Part shown: positions 54,327-63,135 of the stretch, in pieces
How the letters are laid out: every line of letters begins with the position of its first letter
How positions within the stretch are numbered: the stretch's first letter is position 1
Assembly (NCBI GenBank): GCA_965204755.1
Contig: OZ242011.1
Coordinates: forward strand, 1,312,001 to 1,376,000
DNA: 64,000 nt
From: Candidatus Marinacidobacterium sp.
GTDB taxonomy: Bacteria > Acidobacteriota > Vicinamibacteria > Marinacidobacterales > Marinacidobacteraceae
Direction of reading: 5' to 3'
Notes under the pieces: model-generated
Database searches by the model: none
What the model saw: the letters and a program-made list of their open reading frames with translations, nothing else
Told to the model about the DNA's origin: nothing
Position numbers and translations under genes: made by a program

Positions 54327-55315
54327 GAACGATTCCCGCTACCCGGCCGCGGCCCGGTCCGGGCGGCGTCCGCGCGCGCTCCGACGGCCTCTCCGCCGCC
54401 CGGCGCCGACTCCGGCTCTTCACCCGAGGCGGCCGCTCCCGGGGCGCGCCCCTTCCTCTCCCCCCGTTGGCGCAGCGCCTCGTAGAGCGCGATTCCGGCG
54501 GCGACGGAGACATTGAGCGACCGCGCGGTTCCGCGCTGGGGCAGCGAGAGCAGCGCGTCGCACCGCTTGGAAACCCCGGGGCGCAAGCCGCGGCCCTCGC
54601 CCCCCACCACCAGCGCAACGCGCTGGGTCCAGTCGAACTCGTGCCACCGGGCCGACCCCTTGGGGGACAGGCCGACGGTCCAGAATCCCGCCTGCCGCAG
54701 CGCCAGCAGCGCCGACGCCGCTCCCGGCACCCGGACGAGCCGCGCCGCGGCGAGCGCCCCCGAGGACGCCGCCACCGCGGCCGCCGAAGGAGGAGCGGCG
54801 CCCCGACGGGGCGCCAGCACCGCGTCCACGCCGGCGCCGTCGGCGGTGCGGACCAGCGCGCCGAAGTTCCGAGGGTCTTCGATCCGGTCGAGCACGAGCA
54901 GCAGGTCGGGCGGCGGGTCGGCGGCCAGGACCTCCGGGAGGCTCCGCCAGCGAACGGGCGAGGTCTCGCAGGCGGCGCCCTGGTGCCGGGCGCCTCCGGC
55001 GGCCGCGGCCAGCCGCTCGAGTTCCTCGTTCGGCGCCCGGGTCAGGCGCACCCCCCGGGCGCGGGCGATCTTGAGGAGCGCCCGGTGCCGCGCTTCGAGC
55101 CGCCCGGTGCGCAGGATCACCCGCCGCACCTGTTCCGGGATCGTCTGCACGGTCTCCGCCACCCGAGCGGGCCCGAAGATCCAGGTCGCTGCCGGAGCCG
55201 GTTCGGGCGGTCCCCCGGAAGGCCGCCCGGCGGCGGCTCGCGCCCCGGCCCGCCGGCCGGGCCCGCCGCCGCTCGGCCGCCGCCCTCCCGAACTTCGGTC
55301 GGTGGTCCCGCTCAC
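54323..55315 (-). CDS. rlmB: TrmH/SpoU-family 23S rRNA Gm2251 methyltransferase (RlmB-like)
   Basis: LDRIEDPRNFGALVRTA, GGEGRGLR, SLNVSVAAGI; GTG start overlapping the ispDF stop. Confidence 0.88.
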   Translation of the reverse strand: MSGTTDRSSGGRRPSGGGPGRRAGARAAAGRPSGGPPEPAPAATWIFGPARVAETVQTIPEQVRRVILRTGRLEARHRALLKIARARGVRLTRAPNEELERLAAAAGGARHQGAACETSPVRWRSLPEVLAADPPPDLLLVLDRIEDPRNFGALVRTADGAGVDAVLAPRRGAAPPSAAAVAASSGALAAARLVRVPGAASALLALRQAGFWTVGLSPKGSARWHEFDWTQRVALVVGGEGRGLRPGVSKRCDALLSLPQRGTARSLNVSVAAGIALYEALRQRGERKGRAPGAAASGEEPESAPGGGEAVGARADAARTGPRPGSGNRS

Positions 55316-56646
55316 CCCGGCCCCGAGTCGCCGCCCGGCGCGCCTGCCGGCGCGGCGGCATCCAACCGGACGAGCGCCTGCGCCGCCAACCCTTCCCCGC
55401 GCCCGGTCCAGCCCATGCCGTCGGTGGTCGTGGCCTTGAGACCCACGGAACTCGGCGGGATCCCCAGGAGCCGGGCGACGGACGCGCGCACCTCGTCCCG
55501 CTTCGGCCCGAGGCGCGGCCGCTCGCCGATGAGCGTGAGGTCCGCCTGGCCGGGCGCATGACCGGCGGCGGCGGCGACCTCCACCGCCCGGGCGACGAAC
55601 CGGCCGCTCGCCGCGCCTCGCAGCCGCTCGTCGGTCGAAGGGAAGAGGGCCCCGATGTCCGGAGCGCCGACCGCGCCGAGCACCGCGTCGGTGAGGGCGT
55701 GGAGGAGCGCGTCCCCGTCGGAGTGGCCGAGGAGGGCCGGCGTTCCCGGGAAGGCGACGCCCCCGAGCCTCAGCGTGCCGGTCTCGCCGAACCGATGCGC
55801 GTCGAAGCCGAACCCCAGCCGGGGAGGCGGTCCGCCGGGCCGCGAGGGACCGAACCGACCGCGCAGCGCCTCCAGGTCGGCGGGCGTCGTCACCTTCGAG
55901 TTCCGGGAATCGCCGGCCACCGCCGCCACCGGATGCCCGGCGAAGCGCGCCAGCGATGCCTCGTCGGTTCCGGCGAAGCCGCTCCGCTCGGCGGCGGCGA
56001 GCGCCTCGGCGAGCACCTCGCGGCGAAAGCACTGCGGCGTCTGCGCCGCCCCCGCGTCCTCGCGGGGGATCACCTCGGCGAGCCGCCGCCCCTCCGCCCC
56101 GTTGCCGGAAGCCACCCGGAACAGGGTGTCCGTCGGGGTGACGACCGGCGCCGCCGCCCCGTGCCGCGCCGCCGCCCGGAACACCTCCGCGACGAGATCG
56201 GCGGCAGCCGCAGGACGGGCGCCATCGTGTACGGCGATCAACTCCCCCGCCTCTTCCCCCGTCGCCGCCCCCTCCGCCGCCCCCTCCGCCGCGTTCCGCG
56301 CCGCCGGACCGCCGACCCCGAGAGCGTCGAGGCCCCGCCGCACCGACTCCTGGCGCGTCGCGCCGCCGGCGCAGAACCGCACGCGATCGTCGGCGGCAGC
56401 CAAGAACGGCTCGACGCGCTCCCGCCATCCGGAAAAACCGGTCTTCGGCAGGACGACCGCCACCCGGCGGACACCGGGCGCCGCGAGCATCGCCTCGGCG
56501 GCGTGCACCAGCAGCGGCCGGCCGGCGAGCGGGAGGAACTGCTTCGGCGCCGGCGCCTGTCCCCCGGCGGCGTAGCGAACGCCGGAACCGGCGGCGGCCA
56601 CGACGGCGTCGGCCGGGGGCGCCGGGCGGGGCGAGGCCGGCTTCAT
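55312..56646 (-). CDS. ispDF: Bifunctional IspD/IspF (MEP pathway)
   Basis: IspD motifs AAGSG.R, PKQF, RQES, HDGARP, QTPQ; IspF motifs GFDAH, GHSDGD..LHA, DIG, KATT. Confidence 0.93.
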   Translation of the reverse strand: MKPASPRPAPPADAVVAAAGSGVRYAAGGQAPAPKQFLPLAGRPLLVHAAEAMLAAPGVRRVAVVLPKTGFSGWRERVEPFLAAADDRVRFCAGGATRQESVRRGLDALGVGGPAARNAAEGAAEGAATGEEAGELIAVHDGARPAAAADLVAEVFRAAARHGAAAPVVTPTDTLFRVASGNGAEGRRLAEVIPREDAGAAQTPQCFRREVLAEALAAAERSGFAGTDEASLARFAGHPVAAVAGDSRNSKVTTPADLEALRGRFGPSRPGGPPPRLGFGFDAHRFGETGTLRLGGVAFPGTPALLGHSDGDALLHALTDAVLGAVGAPDIGALFPSTDERLRGAASGRFVARAVEVAAAAGHAPGQADLTLIGERPRLGPKRDEVRASVARLLGIPPSSVGLKATTTDGMGWTGRGEGLAAQALVRLDAAAPAGAPGGDSGPG

Positions 56647-56660
56647 CGCGTCCTCCCCCG

Positions 56661-58049
56661 TCAAAAGGCCGCCGCGAAGGCGGCGCCCAACCGGGTCACC
56701 GGGACGATCTCGAGACCTCGCGGCAGTTCGGAGCGGCGCAGTTTCCCGGGGTTGAGAAGCGCCCGGCGAAACCCCAGGCGAAACGCCTCCTTGAGCCGCA
56801 GCGCGGCCCGGTGCACCGGCCGCACTTCGCCGGAGAGGCCGACTTCGCCGAGGAACACCGCGGCTTCGGGGAGCGCCCGGTCGCGCCTGCGGGAGACCAC
56901 GGCGGCCAGCAGGCCGAGGTCGGCGGCCGGCTCGGTGACCGCGAGCCCGCCGGTCACCGAGATGTACACATCGCTCCGCGAGAGTCCGCCGCCGCCGTTC
57001 GATTCGAGGACGGCGAGCAGCACCGCGAGTCGTCCGCTGTCGAAGCCGACGGTCACCCGGCGGGGGTAGGCGAGCGGACTCTCCGCCATGAGCGCCTGGA
57101 CTTCGGCGAGGATGGGCCGCTGGCCCTGCAGCGTCGAGATCACCGCCGAACCCGGTTTCGGCCCGTCGTCGCCGGCCAGGAACAGTTGCGACGGGTTCTC
57201 CACCGGGACCAGCCCCCGCTCGGTCATCTCGAAGACGCCGAGTTCCCCCGCCGGGCCGAAGCGGTTCTTCACCGCCCGCAGCAGCCGGTGCGACTCCCGC
57301 CGATCCCCCTCGAAGTAGAGGACGGTGTCCACGATGTGTTCGAGCGCCCGCGGGCCGGCGACGCCGCCGTCCTTGTTCACCTGGCCGACCAGATAGACCG
57401 GCGTGGTGGTGCGCTTCCCGTAGAGGACCAGCGCCGAGGCCGCCTCCCGCACCTGGCTGATCGTGCCCGGAGCGCCGGTGACCGCCGGCGTATGGACGCA
57501 CTGCACGGAGTCGAGCACCAGCAGGCGGGGCTTCAGGGTCTCCGCCGCTTCGAGGATGCGCGGGACCTCGGTGGCGGAATACAGGAAGAGCGACTCCGGC
57601 GCCACGCCCAACCGCTCTCCCCGGAGTTTCAGTTGGTGCTCCGACTCCTCGCCGCTGACATACAGCACCGGCGCCCCGCCCGCCGCGGCGGCGGCGGCGA
57701 GTTGGAGCAGGAGGGTGCTCTTCCCCGCGCCCGGTTCGCCGGCCACCAGCACCGCCGAGCCCGGCGCCACGCCGCCCCCGAGCACGCGGTCGAATTCGCT
57801 GATCCCGGACGAAGGGCGCGGCCCGGTGTCCGCCGCGACTTCCTTCCAGGGAGTCGGCGCCGCTTCGTTGCCCGAGAGCGCCGCCGCCGCGCCGCGCCAG
57901 CCGCCTGCCGCGGCGGCGGCCGGCGGCGGCGAGGACGGCGCCTTCACCAGGGGGGTGCGCGCCCGGCAGGCCGGGCAATACCCCAACCAGCCGGACTGTT
58001 CGTGCCCGCACTCCGGGCAGAAGAAGCGGTCGGCGGGGGGTTTCGGCAC
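56661..58049 (-). CDS. radA: DNA repair protein RadA/Sms
   Basis: C4 Zn finger, GEPGAGKSTL, KNRFG, Lon-like C-terminus. Confidence 0.96.
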   Translation of the reverse strand: MPKPPADRFFCPECGHEQSGWLGYCPACRARTPLVKAPSSPPPAAAAAGGWRGAAAALSGNEAAPTPWKEVAADTGPRPSSGISEFDRVLGGGVAPGSAVLVAGEPGAGKSTLLLQLAAAAAAGGAPVLYVSGEESEHQLKLRGERLGVAPESLFLYSATEVPRILEAAETLKPRLLVLDSVQCVHTPAVTGAPGTISQVREAASALVLYGKRTTTPVYLVGQVNKDGGVAGPRALEHIVDTVLYFEGDRRESHRLLRAVKNRFGPAGELGVFEMTERGLVPVENPSQLFLAGDDGPKPGSAVISTLQGQRPILAEVQALMAESPLAYPRRVTVGFDSGRLAVLLAVLESNGGGGLSRSDVYISVTGGLAVTEPAADLGLLAAVVSRRRDRALPEAAVFLGEVGLSGEVRPVHRAALRLKEAFRLGFRRALLNPGKLRRSELPRGLEIVPVTRLGAAFAAAF

Positions 58050-58055
58050 GGGCCC

Positions 58056-59528
58056 TCAGAACCCCGGGTCGTCCGCGGGGTGCGGCGGGAAGTCCGCTTC
58101 GGGAGGCGCCTCGTCCGGGTACCCGGGCGCCGGTTCGAGGGCGTCACCGGCCGCCGGGGCGCCCTCCCCGCCGCCGACCGCCGACGGGTCTTCGATGGGG
58201 AGGAACCGGGTGAAGCGGTCGAGCCAGGCGAGCCGGACGACTCCCGTGGGGCCGTTCCGGTTCTTGGCCACCATCACCCGCCGGACCGGCGGCCCCTGCT
58301 CCACGGGCGGGCCGTCGCCGCCGCCGTCCCGCGGCGCCGACCTCCGCTCCCGGTGGATGAAGAGGACGATGTCCGCATCCTGCTCGAGCGCCCCGGATTC
58401 CCGGAGGTCCGAGAGGCGGGGGGCGGTGGCGTCCCGTTGCTCCGGCGCCCGGCTCAGTTGGGAGAGGGCGAGCACCGGGACATCGAGTTCCTTCGCCAGG
58501 AGTTTCAGCGAGCGGCTGATCTCGGCGATCTCCAGGTTCCGGTTTTCGAACCTCCGGTCGCCGCTCTGGCCGGCGTGCATGAGTTGCAGGTAGTCCACCA
58601 CGATCAGGTCGAGCCCGGGGTCGCGCCGGAGTTGGCGGGCCTTCGATCTGAGTTCGACCGGGGTGACCGTCGAGTCGTCCACCCGGATCGGAAGCGCGCG
58701 GAACACCTCGTTGGCGTTGCGGATCTTCCGCCGATCCTCCGCGGAGAGCATTCCCGGTTGGGAGAGCGGCCGGGCGTCCACCTGGGCGTGGGAGAAGAGC
58801 AGCCGGATGGCGATCTGCCGCACCGGCATCTCGAGGCTGAAGACCAGCACCTGGTGGCCGTGGAGGGCGGCGGCCAGGCTGATGTTCAGGGCCAGACTGG
58901 TCTTGCCCTCTCCCGGACGCGCCCCGAGCAGGATGAGGTCGGAGGGCCGCAGCCCGCCCATGAGGTCGTCGAGCACCGGCAGGCCGGTGCGGATGCCGGG
59001 GAAGGCGTCGCGCTGCCGCTGGGCCTCCTCGGCGATCGGGGCGGCCGCCTCGCCGATGGGCACCGGCGCTCCGGTCTGGAAGCCCTCGGCGATGGCGAAG
59101 AGGCTCTTCTCCGCCTCCTCGAGGAGCGTTCGCGGCTCCTGCTTGCCGACCTCCTGGGTGATCCGGCTGCCGTAGCGGTGGAGTTTGCGGGCGAGCGCGT
59201 GGCCGCCGACGATCCCGGCGTACTCCGCCGCGTTGGTGGAGAGCGCCAGCCCGTCGAAGAGTTCGGCGAGGAACCCGACCCCTCCGGCGGCTTCGAGGGA
59301 TCCGTCGCGGTCCAGCCGGGCGCGGAGCGTGACGAGGTCGATCGGCTCCTGGTCGTCGTCGAGCGAGCAGACCGCCTCGAAGACCCGCCGGTGGCGGCTG
59401 TCGTAGAAGTCGGCGGCGGCCACGACCTGCCGGACCGCGTCCAGTTGCCGGCGGTCGAGGAGCACGGCGCCGAGCACCGCCCGCTCGGCGGCGTGGTCGT
59501 ACGGGAGACGCGCCGCCGCTTCCGGCAT
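58056..59528 (-). CDS. dnaB: Replicative DNA helicase
   Basis: AERAVLG, GARPGEGKT, VDYLQL, SDLRESGALEQDAD, AKNRNGPTG. Confidence 0.96.
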   Translation of the reverse strand: MPEAAARLPYDHAAERAVLGAVLLDRRQLDAVRQVVAAADFYDSRHRRVFEAVCSLDDDQEPIDLVTLRARLDRDGSLEAAGGVGFLAELFDGLALSTNAAEYAGIVGGHALARKLHRYGSRITQEVGKQEPRTLLEEAEKSLFAIAEGFQTGAPVPIGEAAAPIAEEAQRQRDAFPGIRTGLPVLDDLMGGLRPSDLILLGARPGEGKTSLALNISLAAALHGHQVLVFSLEMPVRQIAIRLLFSHAQVDARPLSQPGMLSAEDRRKIRNANEVFRALPIRVDDSTVTPVELRSKARQLRRDPGLDLIVVDYLQLMHAGQSGDRRFENRNLEIAEISRSLKLLAKELDVPVLALSQLSRAPEQRDATAPRLSDLRESGALEQDADIVLFIHRERRSAPRDGGGDGPPVEQGPPVRRVMVAKNRNGPTGVVRLAWLDRFTRFLPIEDPSAVGGGEGAPAAGDALEPAPGYPDEAPPEADFPPHPADDPGF

Positions 59529-59633
59529 GGGGAAGTGTCCGGCGCCGCCCTCAGGCGAAGGGTCGGACGGCGGACGCCCGGATCGGGGCCGCGGCCGGCG
59601 GCCGGAAGGGGGAACGCCGGAGTTCGCCGGCCG

Positions 59634-59745
59634 AAAGTCCACGGAGCGCCCGTCGGCGCGAAGCGCCGACCCGGGAGGGGTGCGGGGAGAGGCTGTCCCC
59701 CTCCCCGCGAAAGACGGCGGGGCGAATCGCGCAGCGATTCGGCCC
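59634..59745 (+). mobile_element. MITE-like element, copy 3 (truncated), between rplI and dnaB
   Basis: AAAGTCC...GTCGGCGCGAAGCGCCGAC...GGGGTGCGGGGAG...CCCCTCCCCGCGA...GAATCGCGCAGCGATTCG matches 13027-13135. Confidence 0.7.
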
Positions 59746-59787
59746 GGCGCCCGGCGGACCGGGGCCCCGGGTCAACGGCCGCCGGCC

Positions 59788-60438
59788 CTACCCGGCGGAG
59801 GCGGCAGGCGCGTCGGAAGCAGGCGCGGCCCCGCCGGCGGCGTCCGGCGAGGACTCGGCGGCGTCCGGCGAGGACTCGGCCGCGTCCGGCGAGGCATCTT
59901 CCGGCGGAGCAGGGTCTGCCGCGGATTCCGTCGCCGGCGCGGCGGGCTCCTCGGGCGTCAGCACCGCCGCCCGGTCGCCGAGGGACTCCACCGCCAGCGC
60001 GGTGACCTCGATCGGGAGCGTGACCTGCACTTCCGGATGGAGCCGAATCACCACCGACCCCTCCCCCAGGTTGCGGATCGGGCCGCCCAGGATGATCCGG
60101 TTCCGGGCGATCTCGAACCCCCGCTCGTCGAGGCGGCGGCTGATGTCCAGGACCGACACCGAACCGTAGAGTTCGTCCGAGTCGGACTTGACGCGCCGCT
60201 CGAAGCGGAGCGCGAGCCCTTCGAGTTCCGCGCCGAGCGCTTCGGCGGTCTTCCGGTCGGCGACTTTCTGGACGGCCCAGGCGCGCTTCGCGTCCGAGAC
60301 TTCGCGCCGGTTCTCTTCGGTCACCGGAAGGGCGATGCCCCGCGGCAACAGGTAGTTGCGCGCGTAGCCGGGGCGGACGACCACTTCGTCGCCCGGCTCC
60401 CCGAGCGTCTCGACCGGTTTTCGGAGCAGGAGGCGCAT
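59788..60438 (-). CDS. rplI: 50S ribosomal protein L9 with a repetitive acidic tail
   Basis: LG..GDEV.V.PGYARNYLLP, LYGSV, LHPEV. Confidence 0.95.
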   Translation of the reverse strand: MRLLLRKPVETLGEPGDEVVVRPGYARNYLLPRGIALPVTEENRREVSDAKRAWAVQKVADRKTAEALGAELEGLALRFERRVKSDSDELYGSVSVLDISRRLDERGFEIARNRIILGGPIRNLGEGSVVIRLHPEVQVTLPIEVTALAVESLGDRAAVLTPEEPAAPATESAADPAPPEDASPDAAESSPDAAESSPDAAGGAAPASDAPAASAG

Positions 60439-60443
60439 CGAAC

Positions 60444-60689
60444 TCACTCGTAGGGCAGCAGCGCCATCTGCCGGGCGCGCTTGATCGCGATGCGGATCTT
60501 GCGCTGGAGGCGGGCCGAGGCGCGGGAGACGCGCCGCGGCACGATCTTCCCCCGGTCCCCGATGAACTCGCGGAGGAAGTCCACATCCTTCCAGTCCACG
60601 CGCTCCACGCCGTTCAGCAGGGGGTTCACCCGGACGCGGCGGCTGCTGCGCCGCCGGCGCCGTTGCGGGGGACTGCCGCTCTCGCTCAT
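60444..60689 (-). CDS. rpsR: 30S ribosomal protein S18 (Cys-less type)
   Basis: DWKDV..LR.FI..RGKI.PRR, QR....AIKRAR.MALLPY. Confidence 0.95.
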   Translation of the reverse strand: MSESGSPPQRRRRRSSRRVRVNPLLNGVERVDWKDVDFLREFIGDRGKIVPRRVSRASARLQRKIRIAIKRARQMALLPYE

Positions 60690-61414
60690 GAGGTCTTCTC
60701 CTCGGTCTTGCCGCCGCTCGCGGCGGCTTCCGGCGCGCCGTCCTCGGGTGAGACGGCTGCCTTCCGGGTTGGCGGCGCCGGCTCGGCCGCCGCTTCGGGC
60801 TCGGAAGTCCCGCGGCTGCGGCCGGCGGCCCTCTCGCCCCTCCGGCCCTTGCCGCTCGCCGCGGCCTTGCGGGCCGGCGGTTCATCGGACGGGGGCCTGG
60901 CGGCCGCGGGCTTGTCGCCCGACGGCCTGTCTCTGGACGGCCTGTCTCTCGATGGCTTGTCGCTCGACGGCCTCTCGCTCGACGGCCTGTCGCCGGCTTC
61001 GGCGGCTTCCTTCTCCGCGGCGGCCGCCGCCGCCTCGGCTTCCTTTTCGCGCTGCGCCCGGGCCGCCGCCTGGGCCGCTTTCTCCTCGCGGCGGCGAGCG
61101 TCCGCGGCCTGGTCGAGTTCCCGGGTTTCCTTGTCGGTCCTCAGCACGAGGAACCGGAGGACGCCCTCCGCCAACCGCACCCGGCTCTCGATGCCGGAGA
61201 TCGCCTCCGGCGGCGCGTCGAAGTAACAGAGCATGTAGAGGCCCTCGTTCCGTCCGCGCACCGGGTAAGCCAGCCTTCGCCGCTCCCAGGCCTTCAGACT
61301 CACGATCTGCCCTCCCTGTCCTTTCACGATGCCCTCGACCCGCTCGACCACGGCGAGCGAGGCCGCCGAGTCGAGCGTCGGGTCGAGGAGGAACATGAAC
61401 TCGTAGCCGTTCAT
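60686..61414 (-). CDS. rpsF: 30S ribosomal protein S6 with a long C-terminal extension
   Basis: [23 protein letters not shown]; 242 aa. Confidence 0.93.
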   Translation of the reverse strand: MNGYEFMFLLDPTLDSAASLAVVERVEGIVKGQGGQIVSLKAWERRRLAYPVRGRNEGLYMLCYFDAPPEAISGIESRVRLAEGVLRFLVLRTDKETRELDQAADARRREEKAAQAAARAQREKEAEAAAAAAEKEAAEAGDRPSSERPSSDKPSRDRPSRDRPSGDKPAAARPPSDEPPARKAAASGKGRRGERAAGRSRGTSEPEAAAEPAPPTRKAAVSPEDGAPEAAASGGKTEEKTS

Positions 61415-61469
61415 CGCGTGGGGTCTCCCGCGCCGCCGGACGGCGCCGTGGTCCCCGGTCGGCGCATCG

Positions 61470-62135
61470 TCACGCCGGGGACCGGTTGAAGCGGTTCATC
61501 GCCGCATCGAGCCCTTCGCCGATTGCGGTAGCGATCGCGCGGGCCGCCCGCTCGAGCAGGTCGTCCACCGCCTCCGCTTCCGCCGCGGCGAACGGAGCGA
61601 GGACATGATCCGCGGGGTCCTCCCCCGCCGGAGGCGCCCCCACGCCCAGGCGCATCCGCGGCACTTCGTCGGTGCCGAGGGCGGAGAGGACGGAGGCGAG
61701 TCCGTTGTGGCCGCCGTCGCTCCCCCGCCGCCGGGCGCGGATCGCACCCAGCGGAAGCGCGTAGTCGTCGCAGACGACCAGCGCCGCCTGCGGAGACGCC
61801 GATTCCGAGGCCAGCAGTCGGCGCACCGGGCCGCCGCTGCGGTTCATGTACCCGGTGGGGCGCAACAGGACGACCGGACGGTCGGCGATCTCGGCTTCCA
61901 CGAGTTCGCCGCCGTCGAACCTCCGGCGGCGCGACGGAAGTCCCTCGAGCAGCGCCGTAACCGCCTCGAAACCGATGTTGTGGCGGGTCCCGTCGTAACG
62001 GGCGCCGGGGTTCCCGAGCCCGACGATGACCCGAATCGGCGCTCGGACCGGGGTCTCCCGCGGCGCCTCCGCCAACGAAGACCCCGCCGCCGGCGCGACG
62101 GGCGCCGCGAGGGGCCGGGCCCCGAGCGAACTCAC
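61470..62135 (-). CDS. pth: Peptidyl-tRNA hydrolase
   Basis: VGLGNPG..Y..TRHNIGF, YMNRSG, GGHNGL. Confidence 0.95.
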   Translation of the reverse strand: MSSLGARPLAAPVAPAAGSSLAEAPRETPVRAPIRVIVGLGNPGARYDGTRHNIGFEAVTALLEGLPSRRRRFDGGELVEAEIADRPVVLLRPTGYMNRSGGPVRRLLASESASPQAALVVCDDYALPLGAIRARRRGSDGGHNGLASVLSALGTDEVPRMRLGVGAPPAGEDPADHVLAPFAAAEAEAVDDLLERAARAIATAIGEGLDAAMNRFNRSPA

Positions 62136-62806
62136 TCGGCCGCGCCCTCGCCGGCATCCGCAGCGGCGGGAGTTCCTTCGGCCGCGCCCTCGGAGGCGCC
62201 TTCGGCGGCGGCTTCTTTCTCCTCGTCCTCGTCCTCGTCGTCACCCACCTTCGGCGCGGAGACATGGACCACCACGACCTCCGGTTCGGTCGCCAGTTCG
62301 AGTTTCCCCGGGAGTTCGATGTCCGAGGCCCGGACCGTGTCCCCGTAGTCGAGCGCGGCGACTTCCAGCGGAAGGTTCACCGGGATGTCGCCCGGACGGC
62401 AGGCCACCGCCAGCGAGCGGGTGACGAAGTCGAGGTGGCCGCCGCGCTTCACGCCCACCGATTCCCCGGTGAGGCGCACCGGCACCTGCCACACCGCCAC
62501 CTTGTCCAGTTCCACCCGCAGGAGGTCGGCGTGGAGCAGCGAGTGGTCGAGCGGATGGAGTTGGTAGTCGTGGATCATCACCTGCTCGGCCTTCCGGTCG
62601 CCCTCGATCTCGAGCGAGAAGATCGTGTTCACGCCGCGCGGCGAGCGGATGATGTCGGTCAAGTGTTCCGGCCGGACGGCGAGCGAGCGGGACTCGACGC
62701 TCCGGCCGTACACCACCGCCGGAATCAGACCGCCGGCGCGCAACCGTCGGTTCGGCCCCTTGCCCACTTCGGCTCTCGGGCGGGCGGAAACGCGGGTGTC
62801 GGACAT
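62132..62806 (-). CDS. rplY: 50S ribosomal protein L25/Ctc
   Basis: RRLRAGG.IPAVVYG, Q.HP....LH.D, GVKRGG; acidic tail. Confidence 0.94.
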   Translation of the reverse strand: MSDTRVSARPRAEVGKGPNRRLRAGGLIPAVVYGRSVESRSLAVRPEHLTDIIRSPRGVNTIFSLEIEGDRKAEQVMIHDYQLHPLDHSLLHADLLRVELDKVAVWQVPVRLTGESVGVKRGGHLDFVTRSLAVACRPGDIPVNLPLEVAALDYGDTVRASDIELPGKLELATEPEVVVVHVSAPKVGDDEDEDEEKEAAAEGASEGAAEGTPAAADAGEGAAE

Positions 62807-63093
62807 CGGATGGTGGTTCGGGGCCTTTCTGGATCGCCCAGGAGCGAAGGGTCGGGGTTGCGGGATCGGGCGCGGCGAATGGAGAGGGAAGCGGAACGAC
62901 CGGGCCGGCCTCGCGCCGGGGCCGGGAAACGCTCCGGCCGCCGTCCGCAGCGCCGCGCGTCCCGCCTGCCGAGCGGCCCGCACGCGTAAGGCGCCGGTCG
63001 CGGGACCGGTCGGGCTCGTCCCCGAAAGCGCCGCCGCTCGCCGGATCCATCGGCGCCCGCCATCGAACCGCCGCCCGGCGAAACGGGCGGGAG

Positions 63094-63102
63094 AGTCTAG
63101 CA
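63094..63102 (-). promoter_or_regulatory. Candidate extended -10 promoter for rplY
   Basis: TGCTAGACT on the minus strand in the prs-rplY spacer. Confidence 0.35.
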
Positions 63103-63135
63103 GCCCCCCGCGGAAGGACCGGCCCGGAAAACCGC

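Noticed and set aside
63096-63120. CTAGCAGCC... as a fourth MITE end
   Set aside because: The match is limited to about 8 bp and lacks the internal hairpins; better explained as a minus-strand extended -10.
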